DNA of 32,000 nt from an uncultured Eubacteriales bacterium (GCA_900317375.1 ONGJ01000022.1:1-32000), one strand, 5' to 3'. Shown: positions 14,016 to 24,260, counted from the stretch's first letter. Numbers and translations are program-made. Notes: generated by a model not told the origin, from the letters alone.

Positions 14016-15030
14016 ATGAGCAAAAGCAAACCTGTCCCCGGAAAAGACGGGAATAAGTATATCCCCTATGAAGAGCGCACGGGCGAAAGCTCCGTCGTGT
14101 TCTTTACACGCGATCTGTCCGAGGAAGGCCTGAAGAAAATCTATGACAGAGTATCCTCTGTCCTGACCGGCAGGGTAGCCATCAAGCTGCACACCGGTGA
14201 AGCCGAAGGCCCCAATATCATTCCGCGCCCCTGGGTCAGAGAGCTGATCGAAACACGCCTGCCCGAGGCAGCGATCAAGCCGCTACACCACCGAGGCACA
14301 CCGCAAGACCCTGGAGATCAACGGCTGGACCTTCTGCCCCGTCGACATCACCGACAGCGAAGGCGTGGCCGCACTGCCTGTCAGGGGCGGCAAATGGTTC
14401 CGGGAGATGCATGTTGGCAAAAGCATGCTCAATTATGACTCTCTTCTGGTGCTGACCCATTTCAAAGGGCACGTCATGGGCGGCTTCGGCGGCAGCAACA
14501 AGAACATCGGCATCGGCTGTGCGGACGGACGGATCGGCAAAAAGGAGATCCACAGCTATCCCGACGGGGGGATGTGGAGCATTGCAGAGGAAGAGCTGAT
14601 GGAGCGCATTTCGGAAAGCACCAAAGCGACCGTTGACTTTTTCGCGCCTCATGTGTGCTTTATCAACACCATGCGCAACATGTCCGTTTCCTGCGACTGC
14701 GAAGGGCCGGAGGCCGAGCCCGTTGTCACCCCGGATGTGGGTTTCGTGGCCTCTCTGGATATTCTGGCGGCAGACAGCGCCTGCATGGATCTGATCTACA
14801 GTCTGCCCGACGGCGGCGGCAAGACCCTGATCGAGCGCGTAGAAAGCCGCCACGGTCTGCGCCAGCTGAGCTATATGAAGGAGCTTGGCATGGGTCATGA
14901 CCGCTATACGCTCATTGATATCGACAACGGTGATGCGGTCATCACGGCGGCACAGGCCGTGAAGGACGTGAAGCCCGACTGGAAGCCGGACCGCTACAAC
15001 ACCTTCTGGGGCCGCAACCGGCACAGATAA
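14016..15030 (+). pseudogene. DUF362-family protein gene disrupted by a frameshift/short deletion near 14275-14290
   Basis: SD aaggag upstream of ATG 14016. The N-terminal part (VAIKLHTGEAEGPNIIPRPWVRELIE) is in frame 0. The rest (TEAHRKTLEINGWTFCPVD...LTHFKGHVMGGFGGSNKNIGIGC...) is in frame +1 (track ORFs 13998..14438 and 14365..15030). Confidence 0.65.
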
Positions 15031-15048
15031 CAGCAGCGGGAATAAAAC

Positions 15049-15098
15049 GGGTCTCCGATTCTGACCGAAATGGTCACGATCGGAGACCGCTTTTCTTT
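15049..15098 (+). terminator. Rho-independent terminator
   Basis: ggtctccgat (15049-15058) pairs with atcggagacc (15079-15088), followed by gcttttcttt. Confidence 0.7.
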
Positions 15099-15157
15099 AT
15101 AACGGATAATCGGGTTCCCGCCCGCTTCCGGCCGGGGAAGCAGAGGCCTGCCTCTGC

Positions 15158-17353
15158 TTATAAGCATTTGTCGGACACGGTCAGTTCGCCTTTGTCGATG
15201 CGCTCGTACAGCGATGCTTTCGGCACCGGCTTGCCGAACAGGTAGCCCTGAAGACGGCCGCAGCCGATCTGGTTCAGGAACTCTGCCTGCTTTTCCGTTT
15301 CCACGCCCTCGGTGAGAGTCAGCATGTGGATTCTGTTCGCCATCTGGATAATGCAGTCGATGAGCGTCCTTGCCTTTTCGTTGTTTTCAAGGTTGGACAG
15401 GAACCGCATATCGATCTTGACAACATCGAACTGATAATCTTTCAGAACGTTCAGGGAAGAATAGCCGCTCCCGAAATCGTCCAGCCACAGGGAATAGCCC
15501 ATTTCCTGGATGCGGTTCATCGCTTCGTTCAGCTTTGTGAAGTTGTCCGTCAGCGCGCTTTCGGTCACCTCCACGTGGATCAGGTCTTTCGGAATCCGAT
15601 ATTTTGCCACCAGGCTGTCCAGTTCCGTAGCCGCATCCATCAGCTCAAAGTCCAGCCTTGAGAAGTTCAGCGATACGGGCACGACCGGTTTGCCGGCATC
15701 GATGGCCTCCCTGAGGTCCCGGCAGGCGGATTCGAAAATAGACTTGTCCAGCTTGTGGATCAGGCGGTATTCCTCCAGCACCGGAATAAATTCGTTCGGG
15801 AACAGCTGACCGTATACCGGGTCCATCCAGCGCGCCAGCGCTTCACAGCCGCACAATTCTCCCGTATCCGACCATACGACCGGCTGGTAGAAGGGGACAA
15901 TCCAGCCGTTATTCACGGCGTTGTCGATGTTATTGATCACATACAGCCGCTTATGATAGGCCTCGCTCATCGTCTTGTCGTATTCCACGTGAACGGTCTG
16001 GAAGCGGTTCTTGATCAGCTGTGTGGCATAACGCGCTCTGTCTATGCAGATACGCGGGTCCTCGGTGTTGCTGTTCAGGCGGTAGGAGCCGCAGTTGATG
16101 CTCATCAGAATTTCCTTGTCGTAGTCGTGGACAAGGTCATTCAATGCGTTCAGCTTTTCCGTCAGACCCTCCGATTTTGTCAGAACGACAAAATGATCGT
16201 CAGCCTGCCTGCCGCACAAGGAATCACCGAAGAGATCGGAAATGGTTTTCCCGAGAGCGATCAGGAACTTATCGCCCTCTTCAAAGCCTCTCTGGTCGTT
16301 AAAAGCCTTAAAATTATGGACGTCAATGAACAGAAGGACGTTTTCGCTGACATCACCGGTGAGATTGCGGATGCTGTCCTCTGCCAGCTCAGAGAAATAG
16401 CTGTAATTGTAGAGGCCGGTCAGCGAATCCTCTTTTGCGCTTTTCTCCAGCGCCTTCGACTTTCTGGCTTCGTTCAGGCGTCCGCGATAGATGGCAAAGC
16501 AGATCGTAGTCAGAGAAATAAAGAAGGTAATATAGTTAACGGTGTCGCCGGAGGTAATCTGCTTTGTCACACCGCTGATGACGATATCCTGCTTTGCGAA
16601 CGTCAAACCGCCCTGAAAAGTCAGAAGAATATGATAAAACCCGAAGAAACTGACCCCGAGGATCAGCGCACTGATATAGGGGCGGTAGATCAGCAGACAG
16701 CCGACGTACAGCACCATCGTCAGAAAGCAGATGATCTCCTTGCCGCCCCAGAAGTCGCTGTAGGATACGAAGACGCCGAAAGCAAGGCAGACCAGGTTGA
16801 AGGAGATGATCGCCACATATTCCAATGCAACGACATTCCTGTTTTTCAGGTATTTCAGCAGGGCGTAAGCGACAATGGATGCGCCGATCACGAACAGGAA
16901 GACGTAAATCGATACCAGCATGGTGTTCATGACGGCCGCCATGACCGGGGTAATTGTGTCGCTTGTCTTTGTAAACGCCTCCAGGCTCAGCACCGCGGTA
17001 TACAGCATGCAGGCCGTGCCGATCACAAGCAGCGTGATAAACCTTCCTTTTGAAAGCTTTCTGTCTCTCTGATAGAACAGGCAGAACAGCATGAGGCCCA
17101 GACCGATCAGCAGGAACAGCCAGTACTTGGAGGTGTATTTTACGAATAATCCGAACAGGTCCCCGCCTGCCTGATACTTCGGAATGATCTTGGAATAGAT
17201 CTGCCGAATCAGCATCCAGACTTCCAGCAGGACGACAATAAAACCCATATAACTGCAGCTGCGGATATTGGCATCGTGCAGATAGTCTTTTTCGTATTTG
17301 CTCAGTTTCTCGAAACCGAGAATACCTGCCAGGGAACCGGAGAGTTTATCCAT
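15158..17353 (-). CDS. Multi-pass membrane protein with degenerate GGDEF domain and EAL domain (putative c-di-GMP phosphodiesterase)
   Basis: About 8-9 N-terminal TM segments. GGDEF-domain signatures DSLTGLYN and IDVHNFKAFND, but ADDHF replaces GGDEF. EAL signatures CEALARW, DDFGSGYSSL, KIDMRF, EGVET. Confidence 0.9.
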   Translation of the reverse strand: MDKLSGSLAGILGFEKLSKYEKDYLHDANIRSCSYMGFIVVLLEVWMLIRQIYSKIIPKYQAGGDLFGLFVKYTSKYWLFLLIGLGLMLFCLFYQRDRKLSKGRFITLLVIGTACMLYTAVLSLEAFTKTSDTITPVMAAVMNTMLVSIYVFLFVIGASIVAYALLKYLKNRNVVALEYVAIISFNLVCLAFGVFVSYSDFWGGKEIICFLTMVLYVGCLLIYRPYISALILGVSFFGFYHILLTFQGGLTFAKQDIVISGVTKQITSGDTVNYITFFISLTTICFAIYRGRLNEARKSKALEKSAKEDSLTGLYNYSYFSELAEDSIRNLTGDVSENVLLFIDVHNFKAFNDQRGFEEGDKFLIALGKTISDLFGDSLCGRQADDHFVVLTKSEGLTEKLNALNDLVHDYDKEILMSINCGSYRLNSNTEDPRICIDRARYATQLIKNRFQTVHVEYDKTMSEAYHKRLYVINNIDNAVNNGWIVPFYQPVVWSDTGELCGCEALARWMDPVYGQLFPNEFIPVLEEYRLIHKLDKSIFESACRDLREAIDAGKPVVPVSLNFSRLDFELMDAATELDSLVAKYRIPKDLIHVEVTESALTDNFTKLNEAMNRIQEMGYSLWLDDFGSGYSSLNVLKDYQFDVVKIDMRFLSNLENNEKARTLIDCIIQMANRIHMLTLTEGVETEKQAEFLNQIGCGRLQGYLFGKPVPKASLYERIDKGELTVSDKCL

Positions 17354-17452
17354 TAAGATCGCCCCTTAAGATCATTCATATCATTTTATCATGATCAGCG
17401 GGAAAAAGCTACAGAATTCTTTTACCGGACGCAGGAGCTCTCTTTCTTATCA

Positions 17453-17481
17453 TTGCATGAAGCGGGCAAATCGTGTATAAT
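17453..17481 (+). promoter_or_regulatory. Candidate promoter of the HD-GYP gene
   Basis: TTGCAT (17453-17458), 17 nt spacer, TATAAT (17476-17481). Confidence 0.55.
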
Positions 17482-17516
17482 CATCTCAGCATCTCGGTAT
17501 TGACGGAGGTAATCCC

Positions 17517-19808
17517 GTGGAAAAAAACGGCGTTCATAATCACGCAGAGGAAAGCTCCGAAACCATCACGGAGGGAGGCCCTGCGGAGTACAGCGGCTCC
17601 GGACAGGCGCAGCAGCCTGCTGCCGCGCCGGGCATCCAGCACAGTCTATCCGGGAAAAGCAAGTCGGACTGGAAATATCTCCTGATTCTCTGTGTCGTGG
17701 GGCTGCTGATCAATTATCTTCTCGCCCACCTTGCAACGGGGCTGCACCTGCCGCTGTATCTGGACAACATCGGCAGTGCGCTGGTCGCTGCACTGGGCGG
17801 ATATATCCCCGGCATCATTGTCGGCTTTTTCACCAACATCCTCAACGGCATCGGCGATTACACCACGGCCTACTATGGCTCTCTGACGGTTCTGATCGCC
17901 ATCGCTTCCGCCTGGTTTGCAAACCATGGCTTCTACAGTTTCCGCAAACCCCTGCGGCTGCTGGCAGTTATCGCAACCTTTACCCTGATCGGCGGCGGCA
18001 TCGGATCTCTGCTCACCTGGGTTCTGTACGGCTTTGAGTTCGGCTCGGGCATTTCCGCGCCGCTGGCTCTTCGCATTCACGCTGCCGGCGTGGCAAGCAA
18101 GTTCTGGTCCCAGTTTCTGGCAGACATGCTGATCGATCTTGCGGACAAAACCATCACTGTGCTGGTCGTCACAACCGTCCTGCAGATCCTGCCCGCATCC
18201 CTCAAGGAACGATTCTATTTTGCGGGATGGCAGCAGGCCCCGATGTCCAAGGAAAAGCTTCTGTCGGCAGACCGGAAGCAGCCGCGCCTGATGTCTCTGC
18301 GGTCCAAAATTGTCATTCTGGTGACCGCAGCAATGGTGATCATTGCCCTCATCGTGACCGTGATCAGCTTTATTCATTTCCGCACGGCCGCCGTGGAAGA
18401 GCAGCAGGAGCTGGCCTGGGGCGTTGCCAATGTGGCATCCGATGCCATCGACGGAGATCGCGTGGACGACTATATCCGACTGGGGGAAGCTGCCGACGGT
18501 TACGCCCGGGTCGCCAAGCGCTTCAACGACCTTGCCGGCAGCACCGAAAGCATTCAGTACGTTTATGCATACCGGATTCTGGAGGACGGCTGTCACGTTG
18601 TCTTTGACGCGGATACCCCGGATACGCCCGCCGGAAAGCCGGGTGAGGTCGTTGAGTTCGATTCGGATTTCATGGACTGGCTGCCGGATCTGCTGGCCGG
18701 CAAGGAGGTCCCTCCCATTATCGCCCACGGACAGTACGGCTGGCTGCTGACGGTATACAAGCCTGTTTACGACAGTCAGGGTGCCTGCCAGTGCTATGTG
18801 GGGGTCGACGTCAGTATGGACCATATCACCCGAAACGGCTATGAGTTTCTGGCACGCGTCGTGTCGCTGTTCTTCGGTTTCTTCCTGCTGCTGACGGCCG
18901 CCATCTGGTTTGCCGAATACAACATCATCCTGCCCATCAACGCGCTGGATCTCGCAACGGGCAGTTCCGTGTACACCAGCGATGAAGCCCGGGCCAAAAC
19001 CGTACAGAACATCGTGGATCTGGACATCCGCACCGGTGATGAGATAGAAAACCTGTATCACTCCGTAACCAAAACCACCGAGGATATGGTGGACACCATT
19101 GAGAATATGGAACGGCAGCAGGATATCATCACCAAGTTGCAGAACGGCCTGATCCTGGTGCTGGCCGACATGGTGGAAAGCCGCGACAAGTGTACCGGCG
19201 ATCATGTGCGCAAGACGGCTGCCTATACGGACATCATCATGCGGGAGCTGAAGAAAGAGGGCATCTATACCGACCAGCTGACCGACGATTTCATGGACGA
19301 TGTCGTCAATTCCGCCCCGCTGCACGACATCGGCAAGATCCAGGTCTCCGACACGATCCTCAACAAGCCCGGCAAGCTGACGGACGAAGAGTTCGCCATC
19401 ATGAAGACGCACACCACGGCCGGTGCCGAAATCATTGCGCACGCGATGAACACGGTATCGGGGGACGATACGGGCTACCTCAAGGAGGCAAGCAATCTCG
19501 CACATTATCATCACGAAAAGTGGAACGGCACCGGCTATCCCGACGGTCTGAAAGGGGAAGAGATTCCTCTCTCGGCACGCATCATGGCCGTTGCAGATGT
19601 TTTTGACGCGCTGGTTTCCAGACGCAGCTACAAGGAACCGTTCCCGTTTGAAAAGGCCATGTCGATTATCCAGGAGGGTGCCGGCAGTCATTTCGACCCC
19701 CAGGTCGCCGGCGCATTCCTGCGGGCAGCTGATGAGGTGCGGCAGGTGATGAATACGAACATGGGGGCGGCGGCCGAGGCCGTCCGGGAAGAAGCAAAGA
19801 AACCGTAA
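17517..19808 (+). CDS. Membrane-anchored HD-GYP domain protein (putative c-di-GMP phosphodiesterase)
   Basis: SD ggagg upstream of GTG 17517. N-terminal TM bundle plus a sensor-like region flanked by TM segments. HD-GYP signatures HDIGKIQV and HHEKWNGTGYPDGL. Confidence 0.9.
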   Translation: MEKNGVHNHAEESSETITEGGPAEYSGSGQAQQPAAAPGIQHSLSGKSKSDWKYLLILCVVGLLINYLLAHLATGLHLPLYLDNIGSALVAALGGYIPGIIVGFFTNILNGIGDYTTAYYGSLTVLIAIASAWFANHGFYSFRKPLRLLAVIATFTLIGGGIGSLLTWVLYGFEFGSGISAPLALRIHAAGVASKFWSQFLADMLIDLADKTITVLVVTTVLQILPASLKERFYFAGWQQAPMSKEKLLSADRKQPRLMSLRSKIVILVTAAMVIIALIVTVISFIHFRTAAVEEQQELAWGVANVASDAIDGDRVDDYIRLGEAADGYARVAKRFNDLAGSTESIQYVYAYRILEDGCHVVFDADTPDTPAGKPGEVVEFDSDFMDWLPDLLAGKEVPPIIAHGQYGWLLTVYKPVYDSQGACQCYVGVDVSMDHITRNGYEFLARVVSLFFGFFLLLTAAIWFAEYNIILPINALDLATGSSVYTSDEARAKTVQNIVDLDIRTGDEIENLYHSVTKTTEDMVDTIENMERQQDIITKLQNGLILVLADMVESRDKCTGDHVRKTAAYTDIIMRELKKEGIYTDQLTDDFMDDVVNSAPLHDIGKIQVSDTILNKPGKLTDEEFAIMKTHTTAGAEIIAHAMNTVSGDDTGYLKEASNLAHYHHEKWNGTGYPDGLKGEEIPLSARIMAVADVFDALVSRRSYKEPFPFEKAMSIIQEGAGSHFDPQVAGAFLRAADEVRQVMNTNMGAAAEAVREEAKKP

Positions 19809-19874
19809 AACGAGGCGGCGGACCGCCGCAAAACCGACTGTGGCTGCCGGACATCGGACAGCCCCCTCTGAAAA

Positions 19875-19904
19875 GCTCCCCAGCCGTTCAATCGGCTGAG
19901 GAGC
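19875..19904. terminator. Bidirectional terminator between convergent genes
   Basis: gctcc-c-cagccg / cggctg-a-ggagc hairpin with loop ttcaat. T-rich on both sides (tcggtttatt on plus, ttttcag on minus). Confidence 0.55.
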
Positions 19905-19909
19905 TCGGT

Positions 19910-20998
19910 TTATTCATGCCAGATGACGGACAGACCGTTGGCGCCTTCCCTGTTCGCCCTGGAACAGGCCACCGCCTCGCGGACCGATGCACGAAGGGCC
20001 TCGCCGCAGCCGGGGACGGGTTCCCACGCCTCGCTCAGCGACACCAGGTCAACCAATTCCGGCTCTGCATCCTCCGTCAGTCCGAAGGAGCAGACCTGCC
20101 TGCAGGCCTCGCGGAATGCCGCAAAGCCTTCGTCTGTCACAGGCGGAATCGCGGCGGTAAAATACCGGTCTGCCTCTGCCCGGACTCTGTCAATCCGGTC
20201 GAGGCGGATACAGGAGAGGGTCCGGATTTCCTCTTTTTCAGCACCGTCCGCGAAATACGCGTCCACGATGCGCCGACCCGTCTCTTCTCCGTCGGCATCC
20301 CTCTCCAGCCCGCGCAGGAACGAATAGTTCCAGCCGCTGCTCTCTTCCCGCGCCTGTGAGGCGATCAGGACGTCGGCATAGTCCGCTGCAGCCCGGGCTG
20401 TTTCCAGCGTGGCCATCAGGCAGGCATCAAAGCCGATCCAGCTCAGTTTTTCCTTCGCCGGAAAGCTCTCGGAGAGCGCGGTCCGGATTTCCTGCAGGGT
20501 CAGGGAATCACCGCCGGGCTGCCCGTCAAAGAACAGGCCTTCTTCCGCCCCACCGCCGTGGCCCCAGAGAATCAGCGCATAGCGTTCCGCAGGAGCCCGC
20601 GCATGCCCGTAATCCAGAAAGGCCTTCAGGGTTTGTCCGTCAGCCATGTTCAGCGTTTCTTCGCTGTGCCACAGTGTACGCATGCCGTGCGCACCGAGCT
20701 CAATGACGGCGGTTTTTCCCGCAGCCGGGCTGTCCTTCCGGCCCTGCATATCCCCCGTCATGATCAGCAGATTTGTATACCGGCTGTCAAACCCTGATGC
20801 CGCCATTTCGCGGATATCGTCTGTGGCAGCACCGAAAAACCGTTCCAGATCGCCTCCGCACAGATAGACCAGCACTGTCGTGCGGTGTGCCCCGGTCTCT
20901 TCTCCGGCCGCCGCCAGCGCTCTGGCACCCGACCCTGTCAGCATCAGCAGCAGCACCAGCCCCGCCGCGATGCTTCTTATCCTGTTCCCGCTGTACAT
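19910..20998 (-). CDS. Clostripain-like peptidase, family C11 (362 aa, secreted)
   Basis: Signal-like N-terminus. VLVYLCGGDLE, catalytic His region LILWGHGGG, catalytic Cys region IGFDACLMAT. Confidence 0.85.
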   Translation of the reverse strand: MYSGNRIRSIAAGLVLLLMLTGSGARALAAAGEETGAHRTTVLVYLCGGDLERFFGAATDDIREMAASGFDSRYTNLLIMTGDMQGRKDSPAAGKTAVIELGAHGMRTLWHSEETLNMADGQTLKAFLDYGHARAPAERYALILWGHGGGAEEGLFFDGQPGGDSLTLQEIRTALSESFPAKEKLSWIGFDACLMATLETARAAADYADVLIASQAREESSGWNYSFLRGLERDADGEETGRRIVDAYFADGAEKEEIRTLSCIRLDRIDRVRAEADRYFTAAIPPVTDEGFAAFREACRQVCSFGLTEDAEPELVDLVSLSEAWEPVPGCGEALRASVREAVACSRANREGANGLSVIWHE

Positions 20999-21009
20999 GG
21001 TTCCCTGTA

Positions 21010-23466
21010 TTATTCCGGAAGCGGGACCTGAACGTTCCCCCGGACCGCCACGGTACCCAGCAGCTCTTCCGTTTCGGCATCCGAAACCGTCAGCAAAAAG
21101 CGCAGGCTGCGCAGTTCGCGGAGGCCCGCCAGCTGCTGACTGTCCAGAATCACGAAAAGGGTCTGGGTCTCGTCGGTCAGCAGACCGTAATTCATCCCGG
21201 TTCCGTATACAAAGGTCTCGCCGTCAATATTCTGTCCATTGACTGTCAGCTCTGAAAGCATGACGATGACCTCTTTCCGGGTGCTGTTCGTCACGTCGAG
21301 CGACAGCCATACGTTCCCCTGCCCGTCTACCGGTTCGCAGAAAAGATTCCGAAGAGTCAGGAGGCGGTTTCGGTCGGCATAGCGGAGCTGGACCGTCCCC
21401 GGCCCGCTGTCGCCCGTAAATTTGACCAGCTCGCTCGTATACCGGTTGCTCTGCAGGTCTGTCAGACCGAAGGCCGCATACAGCGTATCGTCCTCCAGAC
21501 TGTCCTCCAGGAACCTCAGCCGGTAATTCTCCTCCGCAGGCCAGCGGATTTCCGTTTTTTCGACGATGTTCCACTCGTCAAAGCCGAGAATGGCTCCCTC
21601 CGCATTTCGGGTCACGGCCCGGTCGACAACGGGAAAACGCATCTCCGTAAGGGCGCTGAGGTCCACCAGGCTGCGCGAGGTGTAGCACTGTGCCAGCTCG
21701 TCATAGATCAGCAGCGTGTTTACCTTCAGGCTTCCGTCCTCTTCTTCCCCGCAGACCAGATAAGCTTTTGTCTCATGCCCGCCGTCTTCCTCTTCCGTCA
21801 GCAGCGTGACCGGCAGAGACAGCTGACCGTCTTCATTCAGGATATAGGTCAGGGGCGGGGTTCCGGGCACGGCACTGCCGTCCTCACGCGTCAGGAACAG
21901 ATTACGGAACACAAAGGCCCCGCTCATGTTTCCTTTCCGGTCGATCGCGGTCTCATTCGAAACCGAGACCAGGTGATACGCGTTTTCCTGATCTGCAGCC
22001 TGCTGCAGTACCAGCAGCTGTGCCCTGTCCAGGTTATCCCGCTGGGTCTCGCTGAGAGGCAGCGAGAAGATTGCCTTCTGTGCCTTCCCGTTGTTCTGGA
22101 CATTGGCAAGCAGACCCGAAAAGTTGGCCGCCGGGGTTTCCAGCAGCATGTGGCCGAACTCGTCGATATAGCGCACATACTCCGGCAGTATACCGAAGCC
22201 GCGGTAGGCAGCGAGGTTTGTAAGAAAACTGTTCTTGGCCCGCAGAGGATGATAGACCGTCATGCCCCCGAGCGGCAGATTCATGCTGTTGCGCGCATAG
22301 ACCACGGCCTCGTCCTGCAGCAGGCGGAGCAGCGCCTGCCCATCCGCCATCCGGTCTTCCTGCAGGCACGAAACCAGGTCGCCCAGGTCCAGCAGATCCA
22401 GCACGTTGGCATTGGTGTTGTCGGCGTTATTGCCCGCATTCTCATCCACGCTGCCGAAGGCTTTTGCCCGGCGCACAGCCTTGCTGAGCTCGGCCCTGCG
22501 GTCCGGAAAGGCGTTCTGCCGGACCTCGCCGAAGAAGCGGTCTGTCTGCTCGGCCAGCCGGTCGGCCTTGCCCAGATCAATGCACGACAAGGTCAGGTTG
22601 TTTCCGCTTTCCCGCTCTTCGTACCAGTCAAAAAAGCTGTCGATGATCCGTCTGCCGGTTTCGGCCCCGTTCCGGTCCTTCTCGGCGTCCTTCAGGAAGC
22701 TGTAGTTCCAGCCGCAGCCCGGCTCGGTCTCCTCCGAGGCGATGAGATACTCAGCAAACGGCGAAAGCATAATCGCCACCTCGAGCGATGCCATCAGGCA
22801 GGCATCAAAACCCAGCCAGCTGAGCTTTTCCCCGGCGAAGGGACTGTTGCGCATAGCCGTTCTCAGCTCGGTCAGACTCAGTGAGTCGCGGGTGGTCTCA
22901 TCCTGACAGACACCCCCTATCGCCCCGCTGCCGTGATCCCAGATGATGAGTGCATAGTTTTCCGCCGGGAAACAGCGCGCACCGTAGCACAGCAGCATCG
23001 ACAGCGTGCTCGCCTCGCCCATGTTCATGCTTGTCCCGGCCTCCCAGAGGCGGGTGATGCCGTCCGGCCGCACGGAATAGATCCCGGTTCCCGCGCTGTC
23101 GATGTCTTTCAGGTGCCAGGATTTGGCGCCGCCCGCCATCAGCAGCACGTTGACCTTTTCCGTATCGTAACCGGACCCGACGATTTCCCCGATATCCCGG
23201 CTGGCAGAGCTTTGGGGCGTGCTTTCAAGGTTGCTGCCGCACATATAGATCATGACCGTCAGGTCTTTCCCCTCTGCCGCCTCTTTCAGCTGCTGTTCGG
23301 CGCCCGGTGCACGGTTTGGAATTGCGGCGCCCTGGTCGGGCGGCTGATAGCTCTGCTGCACATTGCTCAGCAGACCGCCGAAGCCGCCCCCCTCTTCGGC
23401 AAATGCCATAAGCGGCAGCGTAAGAACAAACGCTGCCGCCAACAGAGTCGAGAGAATCTTCTTCAT
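21010..23466 (-). CDS. Clostripain-like peptidase, family C11, with ~440-aa C-terminal extension
   Basis: MKKILSTLLAAAFVLTLPLMAFA signal. VMIYMCGSNLES, LIIWDHGSG, LGFDACLMAS. ATG 23466 is preferred over GTG 23481, which overlaps the upstream stop. Confidence 0.85.
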   Translation of the reverse strand: MKKILSTLLAAAFVLTLPLMAFAEEGGGFGGLLSNVQQSYQPPDQGAAIPNRAPGAEQQLKEAAEGKDLTVMIYMCGSNLESTPQSSASRDIGEIVGSGYDTEKVNVLLMAGGAKSWHLKDIDSAGTGIYSVRPDGITRLWEAGTSMNMGEASTLSMLLCYGARCFPAENYALIIWDHGSGAIGGVCQDETTRDSLSLTELRTAMRNSPFAGEKLSWLGFDACLMASLEVAIMLSPFAEYLIASEETEPGCGWNYSFLKDAEKDRNGAETGRRIIDSFFDWYEERESGNNLTLSCIDLGKADRLAEQTDRFFGEVRQNAFPDRRAELSKAVRRAKAFGSVDENAGNNADNTNANVLDLLDLGDLVSCLQEDRMADGQALLRLLQDEAVVYARNSMNLPLGGMTVYHPLRAKNSFLTNLAAYRGFGILPEYVRYIDEFGHMLLETPAANFSGLLANVQNNGKAQKAIFSLPLSETQRDNLDRAQLLVLQQAADQENAYHLVSVSNETAIDRKGNMSGAFVFRNLFLTREDGSAVPGTPPLTYILNEDGQLSLPVTLLTEEEDGGHETKAYLVCGEEEDGSLKVNTLLIYDELAQCYTSRSLVDLSALTEMRFPVVDRAVTRNAEGAILGFDEWNIVEKTEIRWPAEENYRLRFLEDSLEDDTLYAAFGLTDLQSNRYTSELVKFTGDSGPGTVQLRYADRNRLLTLRNLFCEPVDGQGNVWLSLDVTNSTRKEVIVMLSELTVNGQNIDGETFVYGTGMNYGLLTDETQTLFVILDSQQLAGLRELRSLRFLLTVSDAETEELLGTVAVRGNVQVPLPE

Positions 23467-23470
23467 ATCG

Positions 23471-24094
23471 TTACCACACACTCACGGACAGGCCGTCCAG
23501 CAGCGTCAGACCGGTAATCGGGCCGCTGTCGTCGGCATAGCGGAAAATGCAGGTGACCTGAATGCCGTTTACAAAGGTCACCATGGCCCCCATCGTTCCG
23601 TAGTCGGCAAAGAACCACAGGTTGTTGCCGATCATGCCGGCCGTAATCGAGTCTGCCTCATCGAATTCGTTGTTTTTCAAATAGTTCTGAATCACGGCCA
23701 CATCGTCCTCCGACATGGCGGTCAGGTTCGGCACAAGCATTGAGAGAACGGTCTCTTCGGTATAGAGATAGATATCCGTTCCGGAATCAAAGTCATAGAT
23801 GTTCAGGTGGATGCCGTCTTCGATGTATTTCGCCGCCTTTGCCTTCAGGCCGCTGGAATACAGAAGCAGGTACAGCAGGGTCTGCTGATCCAGATCCTGG
23901 GTTACAGCGGCGACGTTTTCCGTCGGGCAAGCATAGGAAATCGCGAGGCCGTCCTCCGTCAGGATCAGAACGCCCGCGTCCGTGACGGTGACCTCGTCTG
24001 TGGTCCTGACCGCCGTACTGTCATCGGCAGATGCAAAGACCTGCAGGCTCAGCAGCAGAATAGCCGCCATAAGAACGCCCAGTGTTCTTTTCAT
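23471..24094 (-). CDS. Secreted hypothetical protein, first gene of the C11 operon
   Basis: SD aaggag upstream of ATG 24094. Signal peptide MKRTLGVLMAAILLLSLQVFASA. No recognised domain. Confidence 0.7.
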   Translation of the reverse strand: MKRTLGVLMAAILLLSLQVFASADDSTAVRTTDEVTVTDAGVLILTEDGLAISYACPTENVAAVTQDLDQQTLLYLLLYSSGLKAKAAKYIEDGIHLNIYDFDSGTDIYLYTEETVLSMLVPNLTAMSEDDVAVIQNYLKNNEFDEADSITAGMIGNNLWFFADYGTMGAMVTFVNGIQVTCIFRYADDSGPITGLTLLDGLSVSVW

Positions 24095-24133
24095 GCGCTT
24101 CTCCTTTCCCTTTCCGGCACTTCCCACACCTTG

Positions 24134-24161
24134 ATTATAACATGTTTGGCCTCTGTGTCAA
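24134..24161 (-). promoter_or_regulatory. Near-consensus promoter of the C11 operon
   Basis: Minus strand reads TTGACA (24156-24161), 16 nt spacer, TGtTATAAT (-10 at 24134-24139). Confidence 0.55.
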
Positions 24162-24193
24162 TGCCGGGCGGGGGCACAATCTCATGTTTGCGC

Positions 24194-24222
24194 TTGAAGA
24201 TTTCCGGCTTCTCTGCTATGAT
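24194..24222 (+). promoter_or_regulatory. Candidate promoter of the nahK-like gene
   Basis: TTGAAG (24194-24199), 17 nt spacer, TATGAT (24217-24222). Confidence 0.5.
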
Positions 24223-24260
24223 GTTTTTGTTATCATTCTTCATCCGGAGTGTATGCATGT

